From Armatimonadota bacterium (GTDB taxonomy: Bacteria; Armatimonadota; Fimbriimonadia; Fimbriimonadales; GBS-DC): a DNA stretch of 53,084 nt. The position numbers and the translations under genes were made by a program. Position 1 is the first letter of the stretch; every line of letters starts with the position of its first letter. This document shows, in pieces, positions 38,506 through 48,196 of this stretch. The DNA is taken from contig JAUQOS010000004.1 of NCBI GenBank assembly GCA_030550775.1, positions 1-53,084 on the forward strand, written 5' to 3'. The notes under the pieces were generated by a model. That model was not told the DNA's origin. It made no database searches and saw nothing but the letters and a program-made list of their open reading frames with translations.

Positions 38506-39537
38506 ATGGCGGCAGCGGTGATCGGCGTGGATTTGGGCGGAACGAATGTGCGCGCGGCGGCGGTGAGCCGCGCAGGCGAGTTACTAAGCGCGCCCGTGCA
38601 GCACCCTTCGCGCGCGCAAGATGGCTTCCAAGCAACCCTCCAGCAGATTGTGCAGACCATCCGCGAGGCGATAGACGCATCGGGCACCCCCCCCGCTGCG
38701 ATTGGCATGGCGGTGCCGGGGCATATTGATGCAGCACGGGGCGTTGTGCGCTGGGCGCCGAACTTCGGTGAGTACAAGGGCGAGATTTTTGAAGTGTGGC
38801 GCGAGGTACCCCTTGCAGATGCCGTACAGCAAGCGCTAAACTTGCCTGTGGTAATGGGCAACGACGCGAATTTAGCCGCGCTGGGCGAATATTACTACGG
38901 CGTGGGGCGCGGGCAGGCACGGGGGCTGATTATGCTCACGCTGGGCACCGGCATCGGCGGGGGCGTGGTGCTCACGCGCGCTCAGGTGCAAGGCAACGCG
39001 CACTGGGACGGCGGCGTGCTGCTGGTAGGGCTGGGTGGCGGCGCAGGCGAACTGGGGCACACGATTATCAACTTCGCCGGACCGCGTTGCGGCTGCGGCG
39101 CACGCGGCTGCATCGAAGCCTACGCCAAACGCGACGCCATCACCGAGCTTGCCCGCGAAGCTATGCGACGCAACCCTGATAGCGTGATGAGCCAACTCGC
39201 AGCTGGCGACCCCGCCCAAATTAGCCCCGCGTTGGTGAGCCAAGCCGCCGAACAAGGCGACCCGATCGCGCTCGCCATCTGGCACGAAATCGGCACTTAC
39301 TTGGGCGTGGCAATCGCGAGCTTTATCAACATCTTCAACCCCGAGGTGATAGCTATCGGCGGGCAAATCGCCAAAGCAGGCGCGCCCCTCTTTGAAGCAA
39401 TCCACGCCACCGTGCGCGACTACGCCCTACCCACGCTGTTGGAAGAGTGCCGCATCGTACCTGCCGAGCGCATCGAGGACGCTGGTATCTTGGGCGGCGC
39501 GGCACTGGCGTGGCAACATGTCAACGCCCAGCCATGA
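38506..39537 (+). CDS. ROK family sugar kinase (glucokinase-like)
   Basis: GVDLGGT, NDAN.AALGE, LGTGIGGG, GELGH, CGCG..GCIE. Confidence 0.95.
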   Translation: MAAAVIGVDLGGTNVRAAAVSRAGELLSAPVQHPSRAQDGFQATLQQIVQTIREAIDASGTPPAAIGMAVPGHIDAARGVVRWAPNFGEYKGEIFEVWREVPLADAVQQALNLPVVMGNDANLAALGEYYYGVGRGQARGLIMLTLGTGIGGGVVLTRAQVQGNAHWDGGVLLVGLGGGAGELGHTIINFAGPRCGCGARGCIEAYAKRDAITELAREAMRRNPDSVMSQLAAGDPAQISPALVSQAAEQGDPIALAIWHEIGTYLGVAIASFINIFNPEVIAIGGQIAKAGAPLFEAIHATVRDYALPTLLEECRIVPAERIEDAGILGGAALAWQHVNAQP

Positions 39538-39716
39538 AATGGCGCATGCACAAACGCACCGAGACCAAGCCCGACGGGCGCAAAATCTACTACTACACTT
39601 TTGAACCGTTGCCCGTCGACACCGCTGATAACCCACCTCCCGCCCCGCCCGAACCGACAGAAGCTATCAGCGCGCCGCCCGAAGGGTGCATACCAGCAAC
39701 CGAACGGGCGCGATAA
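39534..39716 (+). CDS. Small hypothetical protein with KPDGRKIYYYTF motif
   Basis: ATGA overlap with the ROK stop (alternative ATG 39546); compact aromatic motif followed by a Pro-rich tail. Confidence 0.5.
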   Translation: MKWRMHKRTETKPDGRKIYYYTFEPLPVDTADNPPPAPPEPTEAISAPPEGCIPATERAR

Positions 39717-39762
39717 CGGCGATGTCACCGCCGATGCTATTCCACGCGCTCGTGGGGCGTTC

Positions 39763-40143
39763 TCAGCCCTGCTCGCCTTCTGCTGCGGCACGCTGCGCCT
39801 GCTCCTCAAACAGCGCATCCATCACTTCATAAGCATAGCGCAGGTGCGGAATCACTATCGAGCCACCGATGATGAGCGCGATGTTCATCGCCTCGTGCAG
39901 CTCCTCGCGCGTGGCACCTTCCTGCACACAGCGGTCTAAGTGATAGAAAATGCAATCATTACAGCGCAGCACCATCGAACCGACCAGCCCCATCATCTCC
40001 TTGTACTTGACGGGGATGGCACCTTCCGTGTACGCGCTGGCGTCGAGCGCGAAGAAGCGTTGGAACGGCTTGAAACCGCTGCCCAGAATCCGCGCGTTCA
40101 TCTCTTGCCGGTACAGGCGTGTCTCGTGTGGCTTGCGTCGCAT
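39763..40143 (-). CDS. Carboxymuconolactone decarboxylase / AhpD-like protein
   Basis: GAIP.KYKEM, RCNDCI.YH CxxC motif, GAT.EEL.E; ATG 7 nt after GGTACACT. Confidence 0.9.
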   Translation of the reverse strand: MRRKPHETRLYRQEMNARILGSGFKPFQRFFALDASAYTEGAIPVKYKEMMGLVGSMVLRCNDCIFYHLDRCVQEGATREELHEAMNIALIIGGSIVIPHLRYAYEVMDALFEEQAQRAAAEGEQG

Positions 40144-40161
40144 CGGCAAGAGTGTACCTGC

Positions 40162-41565
40162 TCAGTACGCTTCGGTGTATTCGCGCTCCAAAGTGACAAA
40201 CCGTGAGAAGTCGGGCTGGAACGCGAGCTTGATTTTGCCAGTAGGTCCGTTGCGTTGCTTGGCGACAATGATTTCCACTTCTTCTTGGCGTACATAGCCC
40301 GGGGGTGGATCCAAAGGCACCTGCTCTTTGTCGCCGTAGTACTCCTCGCGATGGATGAACAGCACCACATCGGCTTCAGCTTCAATTGAACCGCTGTCGC
40401 GCAGGTCAGAGAGCATCGGGCGTTTATTTTCGCGTCGTTCAATCGAGCGCGACAGCTGCGAGAGCACCAGCACGGGCACATGGAACTCGCGGGCGATTTG
40501 CTTGAGCGCGCGCGCGATTTCGCCAATCTCTTGGTTGCGGTTTTCCACACGGCGGTTGGAGGAGCGCATCAGCTGCAGGTAGTCCACGACGATGAGCCCC
40601 AGCTCGCGCCCTGCCAAGCGTGCTTTGAGGCGACGGCACTTGGCACGCATCTCCATCGGCGAGAGGCTACTGGTGTCGTCGATGTAGATGGGGGCATCAA
40701 ACAGCCGTTCTGCTGCCTGCTGGAGGCGTATCCATTCATCCTCGTTCAGCTGCAGACGGCGTAAGCGCTGTGCGCTCACCGCTGCCTGCGAACAGAGCAT
40801 GCGCTGAATCAACTGCTCTGCTGCCATCTCCAAGCTGAAGATCGCCACCGCTTTGCGCTCGCGCAACGCCACATGCTCAGCGATATTAATCGCCAGCGAG
40901 GTTTTGCCCACGCTGGGGCGCGCCGCCAGAATAATCAGCTCCGCCGGTTGCAACCCCGACAAAATGCGGTTCAAATCGCGATAGCCCGTCGAAATGCCTA
41001 GCAGAAACTCGCCTCCTGGGTGCTCCTGCATCATGATTTGACGCTCTTCAAACTGCCCCAGCACCTCCAATACCAGTTGGTTTACGCTGCTAAAATCTTT
41101 GCCGATTTGTCGCTCCGCGACTTGATAAACGGCTTGCTCGGCTTGGTCTAAAATCTGCTGGAGTTCCAGCTCTGGCTCGTCCACAAGGCGAATGATCTCG
41201 TGGGCGGCACGCAACAGGCGACGCAGGATGGCTTTTTCTTGCACAATTTGGGCATAGTACTCTGCGTTTGCGGCAGTGGGCACACTTTCAATAATGTTGA
41301 CCAGCGCGGGCAACCCGCCCACCTCGTCCAGCTGCCCCCGACGACGCAACTCTTCCTGCACCGTGAGAATGTCTACCGCGATGTTGCGTTCATACAGCGA
41401 GCTCATCACCTCAAACAGAATGCGGTGCGCCGGGTGATAAAAATCTTCGGGTTGCAATCGCTCGACCACACGCTCCAGCGCCTCCGAGTCGAGCATCATC
41501 GAGCCAAGCACGCTCATCTCGGCTTCGGTGCTGTGTGGCTGCACAATCGCTGCGTGTTGGTTCAT
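40162..41565 (-). CDS. dnaB: Replicative DNA helicase
   Basis: PHS.EAE.SVLG, AARPSVGKT, FSLEM, VDYLQLM, SQLSR, DLRDSGSIE, KQRNGP; no intein. Start moved to 41565. Confidence 0.98.
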   Translation of the reverse strand: MNQHAAIVQPHSTEAEMSVLGSMMLDSEALERVVERLQPEDFYHPAHRILFEVMSSLYERNIAVDILTVQEELRRRGQLDEVGGLPALVNIIESVPTAANAEYYAQIVQEKAILRRLLRAAHEIIRLVDEPELELQQILDQAEQAVYQVAERQIGKDFSSVNQLVLEVLGQFEERQIMMQEHPGGEFLLGISTGYRDLNRILSGLQPAELIILAARPSVGKTSLAINIAEHVALRERKAVAIFSLEMAAEQLIQRMLCSQAAVSAQRLRRLQLNEDEWIRLQQAAERLFDAPIYIDDTSSLSPMEMRAKCRRLKARLAGRELGLIVVDYLQLMRSSNRRVENRNQEIGEIARALKQIAREFHVPVLVLSQLSRSIERRENKRPMLSDLRDSGSIEAEADVVLFIHREEYYGDKEQVPLDPPPGYVRQEEVEIIVAKQRNGPTGKIKLAFQPDFSRFVTLEREYTEAY

Positions 41566-41622
41566 ACAACGCCCCCAGGCGAAGTAATTGTACCTGCGCC
41601 AAGCGCAAGGTATAATCCGCCC

Positions 41623-42360
41623 GTGCTGCGCATTGATGTGATTACGCTGTTTCCTGAGGTGATTGAGGCGGGCACCAGTTATAGCATTGTGGGGCGTGCG
41701 CGCGAGTGGGGCTTGGTGCACATACGCGCAATCCAGCTGCGCGATTTTGCAGAAGGCAAACACAAAAAGACCGACGATGAACCCTACGGGGGCGGCGCAG
41801 GGCTGGTGATGAAGCCCGAACCGATTGCCCGCGCCGTGGAGTTTTGCCAACCCACGCCCAACACGCGAATTGTGTTGCTTGAACCGCAGGGCAGGCTCTA
41901 CACCCAAGCCTATGCACGCGAGCTGGCGGCACAAAGCCACCTCGTCTTGATTTGCGGGCACTATGAGGGCGTGGATGCCCGCATCCGCGAGCACTTGGCA
42001 ACCGATGTGATTAGTATCGGCGATTATGTACTTACTGGAGGCGAGCTGCCCGCACTTATTGTGATTGACTCTGTGGTGCGGCTGATCCCCGGCGCCATCC
42101 ACTCGCCGGAGTCGCTAGAACAAGACTCGTTTGCGGATGGGCTGTTGGGCTATCCTCAGTACACACGCCCTGAGGTCTTTCGAGGTTGGCGCGTGCCCAG
42201 CGTCTTGCTGTCGGGCAATCATGGGGCGATTGCCCGCTGGCGACGCAAGGAACAGTTGCGCCTCACGCGCCTGCTGCGCCCCGATTTGTTCGCCACAGCA
42301 TGCCTCACTGCTGAGGATGTAGAGCTACTGCGAGAACTGCACGCAGAGGGTCAACTGTAA
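41623..42360 (+). CDS. trmD: tRNA (guanine37-N1)-methyltransferase
   Basis: ITLFPE, DDEPYGGG.G, CGHYEGVD.R, SIGDYVL.GGE, PQYTRP, LLSGNH; GTG start 6 nt after GGTATAAT. Confidence 0.98.
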   Translation: MLRIDVITLFPEVIEAGTSYSIVGRAREWGLVHIRAIQLRDFAEGKHKKTDDEPYGGGAGLVMKPEPIARAVEFCQPTPNTRIVLLEPQGRLYTQAYARELAAQSHLVLICGHYEGVDARIREHLATDVISIGDYVLTGGELPALIVIDSVVRLIPGAIHSPESLEQDSFADGLLGYPQYTRPEVFRGWRVPSVLLSGNHGAIARWRRKEQLRLTRLLRPDLFATACLTAEDVELLRELHAEGQL

Positions 42361-42486
42361 CCCAAACGCTGGAGCAAGTTGTCACCCCCTATACCTTGGG
42401 GGCAGAGAACCCCTCCCAGCACTCTTGACGAATGTTGTACCCTTTCAGGTTTGTGCAGCCGCTGTTATGACAGGTACACTTCTCCT

Positions 42487-43497
42487 ATGCAACAGCGCAA
42501 GTCGCTACCAGAGCCGAGCGCGTACAAGTTGCCACGCTGGCGCGGGTTCAACCTGCTCAACAAGTTCTTTCTCGAATGGAGCAACACGCCCTTTGACGAG
42601 AAAGACTTTGAGTGGATTGCCGAGCTGGGGTTCAACTTCGTGCGCCTGCCGATGGATTATCGGATTTGGACAGACAACACGAATCCTTATCGCCTCCGCG
42701 AGGAGGAACTGCGCGAAATAGACCGCGCAGTACGCTTCGGCGAGAAGTATGGCATCCATGTGATGCTTAACTTCCATCGTGCGCCAGGCTACACCGTTGC
42801 CTCGCCACCAGAGCGAATGAATCTGTGGAAAGAGGAAGAGGCGCAAAAGCTTTGTGCGCACCACTGGGCGCAGTTTGCCAAGCGCTATCAGGGCATTACG
42901 AATCGGCAGTTGAGCTTCAACCTGTTCAACGAGCCTGCGGGTGTAGACGCAGAAGCACACCGCCGCGTGGTGGAGCGCGTGGTGGAAGCGATTCGCAAAG
43001 AGGACTCGCAGCGGTTGATTGTGTGCGATGGGCGCGATTGGGGGATGACGCCTGCGGAGGAGCTATTGCCCTTGGGCGTGGCGCAATCCACGCGAGGCTA
43101 CCAGCCGTTTCGTCTGACGCACTATCGCGCCGAGTGGGTGCAAGGGGCAGACCAGTGGGAAGCGCCCAAGGAATATCCCCTGCGCGAGGGTAGCCAAGTG
43201 TGGGATAAGCAGCGGCTATGGGATACCTACTACGCCCGCTGGCAAGCATTGGAACGCAAAGGCGTCGGCGTGATAGTCGGCGAGTTCGGCGCGTATCGCT
43301 ACACACCGCATGCGGTAGTGCTGGCATGGATGCGCGACCTGCTGGACCTGTGGAAGCAAGCGGGCTGGGGCTGGGCACTGTGGAACTTCCGCGGCCCGTT
43401 CGGGGTGCTTGACAGCGAGCGCGCTGATGTAGAGTATGAATCGTGGCGGGGGCACAAGCTCGACCGCCAGATGCTGCGTCTGCTGCAGGCGTTTTGA
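42487..43497 (+). CDS. Glycoside hydrolase family 5 (cellulase family), no signal peptide
   Basis: RGFNL, GFNFVRLP, H.APG, catalytic NEP and GEFG, WALW. Confidence 0.92.
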   Translation: MQQRKSLPEPSAYKLPRWRGFNLLNKFFLEWSNTPFDEKDFEWIAELGFNFVRLPMDYRIWTDNTNPYRLREEELREIDRAVRFGEKYGIHVMLNFHRAPGYTVASPPERMNLWKEEEAQKLCAHHWAQFAKRYQGITNRQLSFNLFNEPAGVDAEAHRRVVERVVEAIRKEDSQRLIVCDGRDWGMTPAEELLPLGVAQSTRGYQPFRLTHYRAEWVQGADQWEAPKEYPLREGSQVWDKQRLWDTYYARWQALERKGVGVIVGEFGAYRYTPHAVVLAWMRDLLDLWKQAGWGWALWNFRGPFGVLDSERADVEYESWRGHKLDRQMLRLLQAF

Positions 43498-43517
43498 AAG
43501 GCGCGCCTATGCGCGGG

Positions 43518-45164
43518 CTATCCTCGCCCGTTGCGCAGGCTGGGCAGCAACGAGGGCAGTTGATGCGGTGCCAGCGGTACCTCGCCCACCACGCCGTCGG
43601 GTGTGCCCAAGCCCCGTCGCACCACCTCCCACCAATCCCATTGCACTATGTGCGAGGCGTCGAAAATCATCACGCCGTGCGAGTTGAGGCGGGCTGCGCG
43701 AATAGCACGCTCAAAGCCCGCCGGGTCGCCCCGATAGTCTAATGCATACACACCAGAGTAAACAAACAAATCGCCGTTCGTCCACTCCATCACGCGACGG
43801 GTCATGCCCTCCACGGTGCGCATCTCGTCACCGTCGTAAAGCGGCGCTTCGCTCATAAACGGAATGTTGAAGTAAACCCCAGGCATAAGGTAATCCATAT
43901 CCAGCAGATAGGAGGTGAAACGATAGTTGGGGCTGACAAAGGGGTATGGGCGTGCTAAGGCATTGCTGCCCCAGTTCACACCCAGCTCGTAGTAGATCGG
44001 GTACCAGCTGCCTACATACGCCCCGATGGGCATCGGGCGTACCGACTCGATTACGCGGCGGATATCGCGCAGCAGGTCACGAATCACGCGCGCACGGAAC
44101 TCCGCCCACTGCCCGAAGCGCGGACCGCGCTCGTAGCTGTCGCGGGGCAGTGCTGGTGGGCGAATGATATCATCAGGCCAGTTTGCCACGCGTCCATACT
44201 CTGCTTCGAACGCCGCGCGCGTACGCTCCGAAAAATCGGTGTACACATTTGCCCAGCGCATCCGGTCTAACACGAAGCCATCTATTGGGTAGTTCTGGCA
44301 GATTTCGCGAATAATCTCAAGCAAGCGGTTGCGCACCTCAGGGTGCAACGGGTTCACAAACACTGCGATGCCTTCGGTATCCGACTCGGCAAGTGGTTGG
44401 AGCACGGGCTGCGTTTGGAGGCTCAATCCAATGCCCAACGCGCTGAGCCGCTCCAAGTTCTGTGCCGCTTGCCCGTCGGCAACCAGAATCCAGCCGTTCT
44501 CAGGGGGGGCAAGCGGGCGGTTGACAAAGACCCCATCAATCACTGCCTGCACCCGCAGGTCATCGGTGAGGATAGCATACGCCCAAAAGCGCCCCGCAGG
44601 GGGCACAGGGGCCGCCGCGCGCCGATAAGCAGCGATACCGTCGGGCGGTGGCGGGATGTCAAAGCGGTTCAACTCATAGCGCGAGCCGTCGGGCAGTACC
44701 AGCGTGCGCCGCCGCGAGTATGCCACCATCTGCCAATCGGGGTTCTCGTAAGCTGGTCCTGTGTGGAACATTTTGTGCCCCTCGGAAAGCACATTGATGT
44801 TGGCGTGCACCTCCATGCCGACAGCATGGGCTTCCTCCAAAAACATCTGGAGGATGTCAAGGTCGGGGGGCACTCGGACGCCGCGCCATTCGGTGAGCTT
44901 GGGCGCAATTTTGCTGTTATAGAGCACGTGCCCACTGATGGGCTTGACATCCAACACGATGCAGTTGATGCCGACCTCTTTGCAGCGGCGCACAAACTGT
45001 CGCACTTGGGCGCGGTCAACCAACCAGTTGAGGTTTGCGGTGGCGTCTACCCACATCACACGCCCTTCCAGCCCCATCCGACGCACCAACGCCACCGACG
45101 GCGGCAGCGACTGCGCAAACGCCACGCCCACGCTGAGCCACCAAACCAACCATACGCGGTACAT
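43518..45164 (-). CDS. Secreted GHL10/DUF187-family glycoside hydrolase-like protein with inserted domain
   Basis: Signal peptide, DVKP..G..LY.S, EEAH..GMEVHA, FVNP.HPEV, Y.IDG..LD..R; start 45164 favoured by upstream GGTATCCT. Confidence 0.8.
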   Translation of the reverse strand: MYRVWLVWWLSVGVAFAQSLPPSVALVRRMGLEGRVMWVDATANLNWLVDRAQVRQFVRRCKEVGINCIVLDVKPISGHVLYNSKIAPKLTEWRGVRVPPDLDILQMFLEEAHAVGMEVHANINVLSEGHKMFHTGPAYENPDWQMVAYSRRRTLVLPDGSRYELNRFDIPPPPDGIAAYRRAAAPVPPAGRFWAYAILTDDLRVQAVIDGVFVNRPLAPPENGWILVADGQAAQNLERLSALGIGLSLQTQPVLQPLAESDTEGIAVFVNPLHPEVRNRLLEIIREICQNYPIDGFVLDRMRWANVYTDFSERTRAAFEAEYGRVANWPDDIIRPPALPRDSYERGPRFGQWAEFRARVIRDLLRDIRRVIESVRPMPIGAYVGSWYPIYYELGVNWGSNALARPYPFVSPNYRFTSYLLDMDYLMPGVYFNIPFMSEAPLYDGDEMRTVEGMTRRVMEWTNGDLFVYSGVYALDYRGDPAGFERAIRAARLNSHGVMIFDASHIVQWDWWEVVRRGLGTPDGVVGEVPLAPHQLPSLLPSLRNGRG

Positions 45165-45194
45165 CGGGGGCATAGGATACCTAAAACGCGCACA

Positions 45195-45221
45195 GGGCTA
45201 AGGCAGTTGCCTTAGCCCCAC
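45195..45221. repeat. Single REP-like palindrome
   Basis: GGGCTAAGGCA-gt-TGCCTTAGCCC in the divergent intergenic region. Confidence 0.45.
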
Positions 45222-45346
45222 GCTGTCACCTCATAGGCTAGGGTCGCTACCTCCTTATGAGGGCAGGCTTTGCTCTCCATCCAATGGGCGATAGCAGCAA
45301 CTTTTGTGCCAAACCGCACTGCAGCGACACAGGTATCCTATCAGAT

Positions 45347-46387
45347 ATGAGCAAAACGGTACTTATCACAGGCGGCGCGGGCTTTATCGGCAGCCACTTC
45401 ACTGAGTATCTGCTGCGTCATTACCCTGACTATCGCGTGCGGGTGCTGGACGCGCTTACCTACGCGGGCAGACGCGAAAACCTCGCGGCCGTAGAGGGCG
45501 ACCCACGCTTCGAGTTCATCCACGGCGATGTGCGCGACAAAACCACTGTGCGCACGGCGCTGGAGGGCGTGCAATATGTGGTGCACTTCGCCGCAGAAAC
45601 CCATGTGGATCGCTCCATTTTAGACCCCGATGCCTTCATCACCACCGATGTGTATGGCACTTTCGTCATGCTAGAGACGGCGCGAGCCATCGGCGTTGAA
45701 CGATTCGTGCATGTGAGCACTGATGAGGTGTATGGCTCAGCGGAACAGGGCGCGTTCGACGAGGGCGCGCCGCTGCGCCCCAGCAGTCCCTACGCCGCCA
45801 GCAAAGCTGGAGCAGACCTGCTGGCACAAGCCTACTATCGTACGTATGGACTGCCCGTGCTTATTGTGCGCCCCAGCAACACCTTCGGTCCGCGCCAGTA
45901 CCCCGAAAAGCTCATTCCGTTTTTCACAGTGCGCGCCCTACACGACCAACCCCTCCCCCTCTACGGCGATGGGCAGCAGCGGCGTGATTGGCTCTACGTA
46001 GACGACCATGTGCGCGCGATTGATGTAGTGCTTCATCAGGGACAGGTGGGTGAGGCGTATAACATCGCAGGGGGCAACGAGCGCGTCAATCTCGAGGTAG
46101 CACGGTTGATTGTGCAAACTTTGGGCAAACCTGAAAGCCTGATTCAGTTCGTGCACGACCGCCCTGGACACGACCGCCGTTATGCCTTAGACGACCGCAA
46201 ACTGCGCGCGCTCGGTTGGCAGCCCCAGGCGCACTTCGAAACCGCCCTACGCGACACAGTGCTATGGTACGCCCAGCACCCCGAATGGTGGCAGCCGATT
46301 CTACAGCAGCAAGCCGACTATCGCCAGTTTGTGGAGCGTTGGTATGCTGAGCGCAGCTTGCCTAAAACGCCCAAAAGCGCGGAATGA
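45347..46387 (+). CDS. rfbB: dTDP-glucose 4,6-dehydratase
   Basis: TGGAGFIGS, D.LTYAG, HFAAETHVDRSI, STDEVYG, PY.ASKA, PEKLIP, DRPGHDRRYA. Confidence 0.96.
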   Translation: MSKTVLITGGAGFIGSHFTEYLLRHYPDYRVRVLDALTYAGRRENLAAVEGDPRFEFIHGDVRDKTTVRTALEGVQYVVHFAAETHVDRSILDPDAFITTDVYGTFVMLETARAIGVERFVHVSTDEVYGSAEQGAFDEGAPLRPSSPYAASKAGADLLAQAYYRTYGLPVLIVRPSNTFGPRQYPEKLIPFFTVRALHDQPLPLYGDGQQRRDWLYVDDHVRAIDVVLHQGQVGEAYNIAGGNERVNLEVARLIVQTLGKPESLIQFVHDRPGHDRRYALDDRKLRALGWQPQAHFETALRDTVLWYAQHPEWWQPILQQQADYRQFVERWYAERSLPKTPKSAE

Positions 46388-48128
46388 GCACAGTCGCCAC
46401 AATCCACAACAGGAAGTTGAGAGGCGCCCCTACGCGCACAAAGTCGCCAAACTGATACTGCCCCACGCCAAACACCATCGTGTTGGTTTGGTAACCGATG
46501 GGCGTCATAAAGCTAGCGGAGGCAGCATAAGCAACGGCAAACAGGAACGGGCGGGCATCCACCCCCAACGCAGCGGCGACTTCAATCGCTAGTGCAGCCA
46601 TCAGTGCAGCGGTGGCGTTGTTCGACATAACCTCCGTAAGCACGGAAGTTAGCAAATAAAACCCTGCCAGCAACACCACAGGTCCCCACGAGCCAAGCGT
46701 ATGCACCAGCTGGAGCGTGAGCCAGCGCGCAGCGCCTGTGCTCTCCAGTGCGCTGCCCAGCCCCAGCATTGCCCCCAGCATTATCAGCAGTCGCCATTCA
46801 ATCGCTTGAACCGCATCTTCGGGCTTGAGGCAGCCGGTGAGCACCATCAGCAGCGCGCCCACCAACGCCGCCACCGCCGTCGGATACCACCCCACCGAGG
46901 CTATCAGCACCACGCCCGCCATAATCGCCAGCGCGGTGAGGGCTCTCACGGGGCGTACTTGCGCCCATTCCACCTGCGACACCAAGATAAAGTCGGGCAG
47001 GCGCAACAACTCGTTCAGTCGCTCGCGCTCCACCTGCACCAGCAGTGCGTCGCCCGCTTGCAACGGAATGTCGGCAAACTGCTCCAGCGCCAATTGATGG
47101 TGGTGGCGCAACGCCAGCACGGTCGCCCCAAATCGGTTGCGGAATCGGCTGTTGCGCAGTGTCTTGCCCACCAGCGAGGAAGTGGGCGTAAGCACCAACT
47201 CCACCAGCAGCGGCGGCTCTGAGGAGAGATGCTCGTGAGCGGAGGCAACAGGTTTGAGACCGTAAGCGCGCCACAGCTGCTGCAACCGCCCCAGCGCACC
47301 ACGCACACGCAACAAATCACCTGCTTGCAGGATACGGTCAGGTAGGGGCAGCAAGCGCACGCCGTTGCGCCAGATATCTAACACCTCCACGCCCAATTCT
47401 TTCACGAAGTCGGCATCCATTAGTTTGCGCCCGACCGCGCGCGCTTGTGGCGTGAGTTCCACCTCCGTGAGGTACTCGCTGAGGCGATAAGCATCGGCAG
47501 GATTGGCGCTGGCGCGTCGTTCGGGCAGCCAGCGCATCCCCAGCGTCAGCAAGTAGGCTAGCCCCAGCCCTGCAAACACCACCCCCAGCGGCGTGAACTC
47601 AAACATCCCTAATGGCACAAGCCCGCGCTCTATCGCCACGCCGTTCACCACTAAGTTTGTAGAAGTGCCAATTAGCGTACACACACCCCCCAACATTGAG
47701 GCATACGACAGCGGCAACAACACGCGCGAGGGGCTAATCCGCGCCGACTCGGAGAGGCTCAGTGCCAGCGGAATAAACAGTGCCACCACCGCCGTGTTGT
47801 TCACAAACGCCGACAACACCGCCGTGAGGAGCAACAGCACTAAAATCGCCAGTTTTGGGGCACGGCGGGCAATCCGTTCCAACCCTTGCGCTGCCAAACC
47901 AATTACCCCTGTGCGGCGTAGACCTTCACTCAGCACAAACATCGCTGCGATGGTAATCACCGCCTCGTTGCTGAACCCCCGCAGCCCCCGCTCCACCGGC
48001 AGCAGCCCACTCACTAGCAGCGTTGCCAGCAAAATCAGCGCCACCACTTCTGGAGGCAGGCGATTACTAATAAACAACGCGACGGCAGCCACCAGTAGCC
48101 CTAGTGTCAGCCCGATTTCTAAAGTCAT
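46362..48128 (-). CDS. SLC13 permease with two TrkA-C (RCK_C) domains (YfbS-like)
   Basis: SAFVNNT, GG.CTLIGTSTNL, two RCK_C repeats, MSNNATA, SFMTPIGYQTN. Confidence 0.93.
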   Translation of the reverse strand: MTLEIGLTLGLLVAAVALFISNRLPPEVVALILLATLLVSGLLPVERGLRGFSNEAVITIAAMFVLSEGLRRTGVIGLAAQGLERIARRAPKLAILVLLLLTAVLSAFVNNTAVVALFIPLALSLSESARISPSRVLLPLSYASMLGGVCTLIGTSTNLVVNGVAIERGLVPLGMFEFTPLGVVFAGLGLAYLLTLGMRWLPERRASANPADAYRLSEYLTEVELTPQARAVGRKLMDADFVKELGVEVLDIWRNGVRLLPLPDRILQAGDLLRVRGALGRLQQLWRAYGLKPVASAHEHLSSEPPLLVELVLTPTSSLVGKTLRNSRFRNRFGATVLALRHHHQLALEQFADIPLQAGDALLVQVERERLNELLRLPDFILVSQVEWAQVRPVRALTALAIMAGVVLIASVGWYPTAVAALVGALLMVLTGCLKPEDAVQAIEWRLLIMLGAMLGLGSALESTGAARWLTLQLVHTLGSWGPVVLLAGFYLLTSVLTEVMSNNATAALMAALAIEVAAALGVDARPFLFAVAYAASASFMTPIGYQTNTMVFGVGQYQFGDFVRVGAPLNFLLWIVATVLIPRFWAF

Positions 48129-48196
48129 CGCGGTTTGCCCCTTTGAAGTCGGCGCGTGGCTCGGTAAGTATACCTGCGCGAGGTACAATCCCCCGC

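Noticed and set aside
41200..42102. Long overlap of dnaB (to 42102) and trmD (from 41200) in the ORF track
   Set aside because: Upstream extensions are shadow frames; family motifs begin at 41565 and 41623, with promoter motifs between them.
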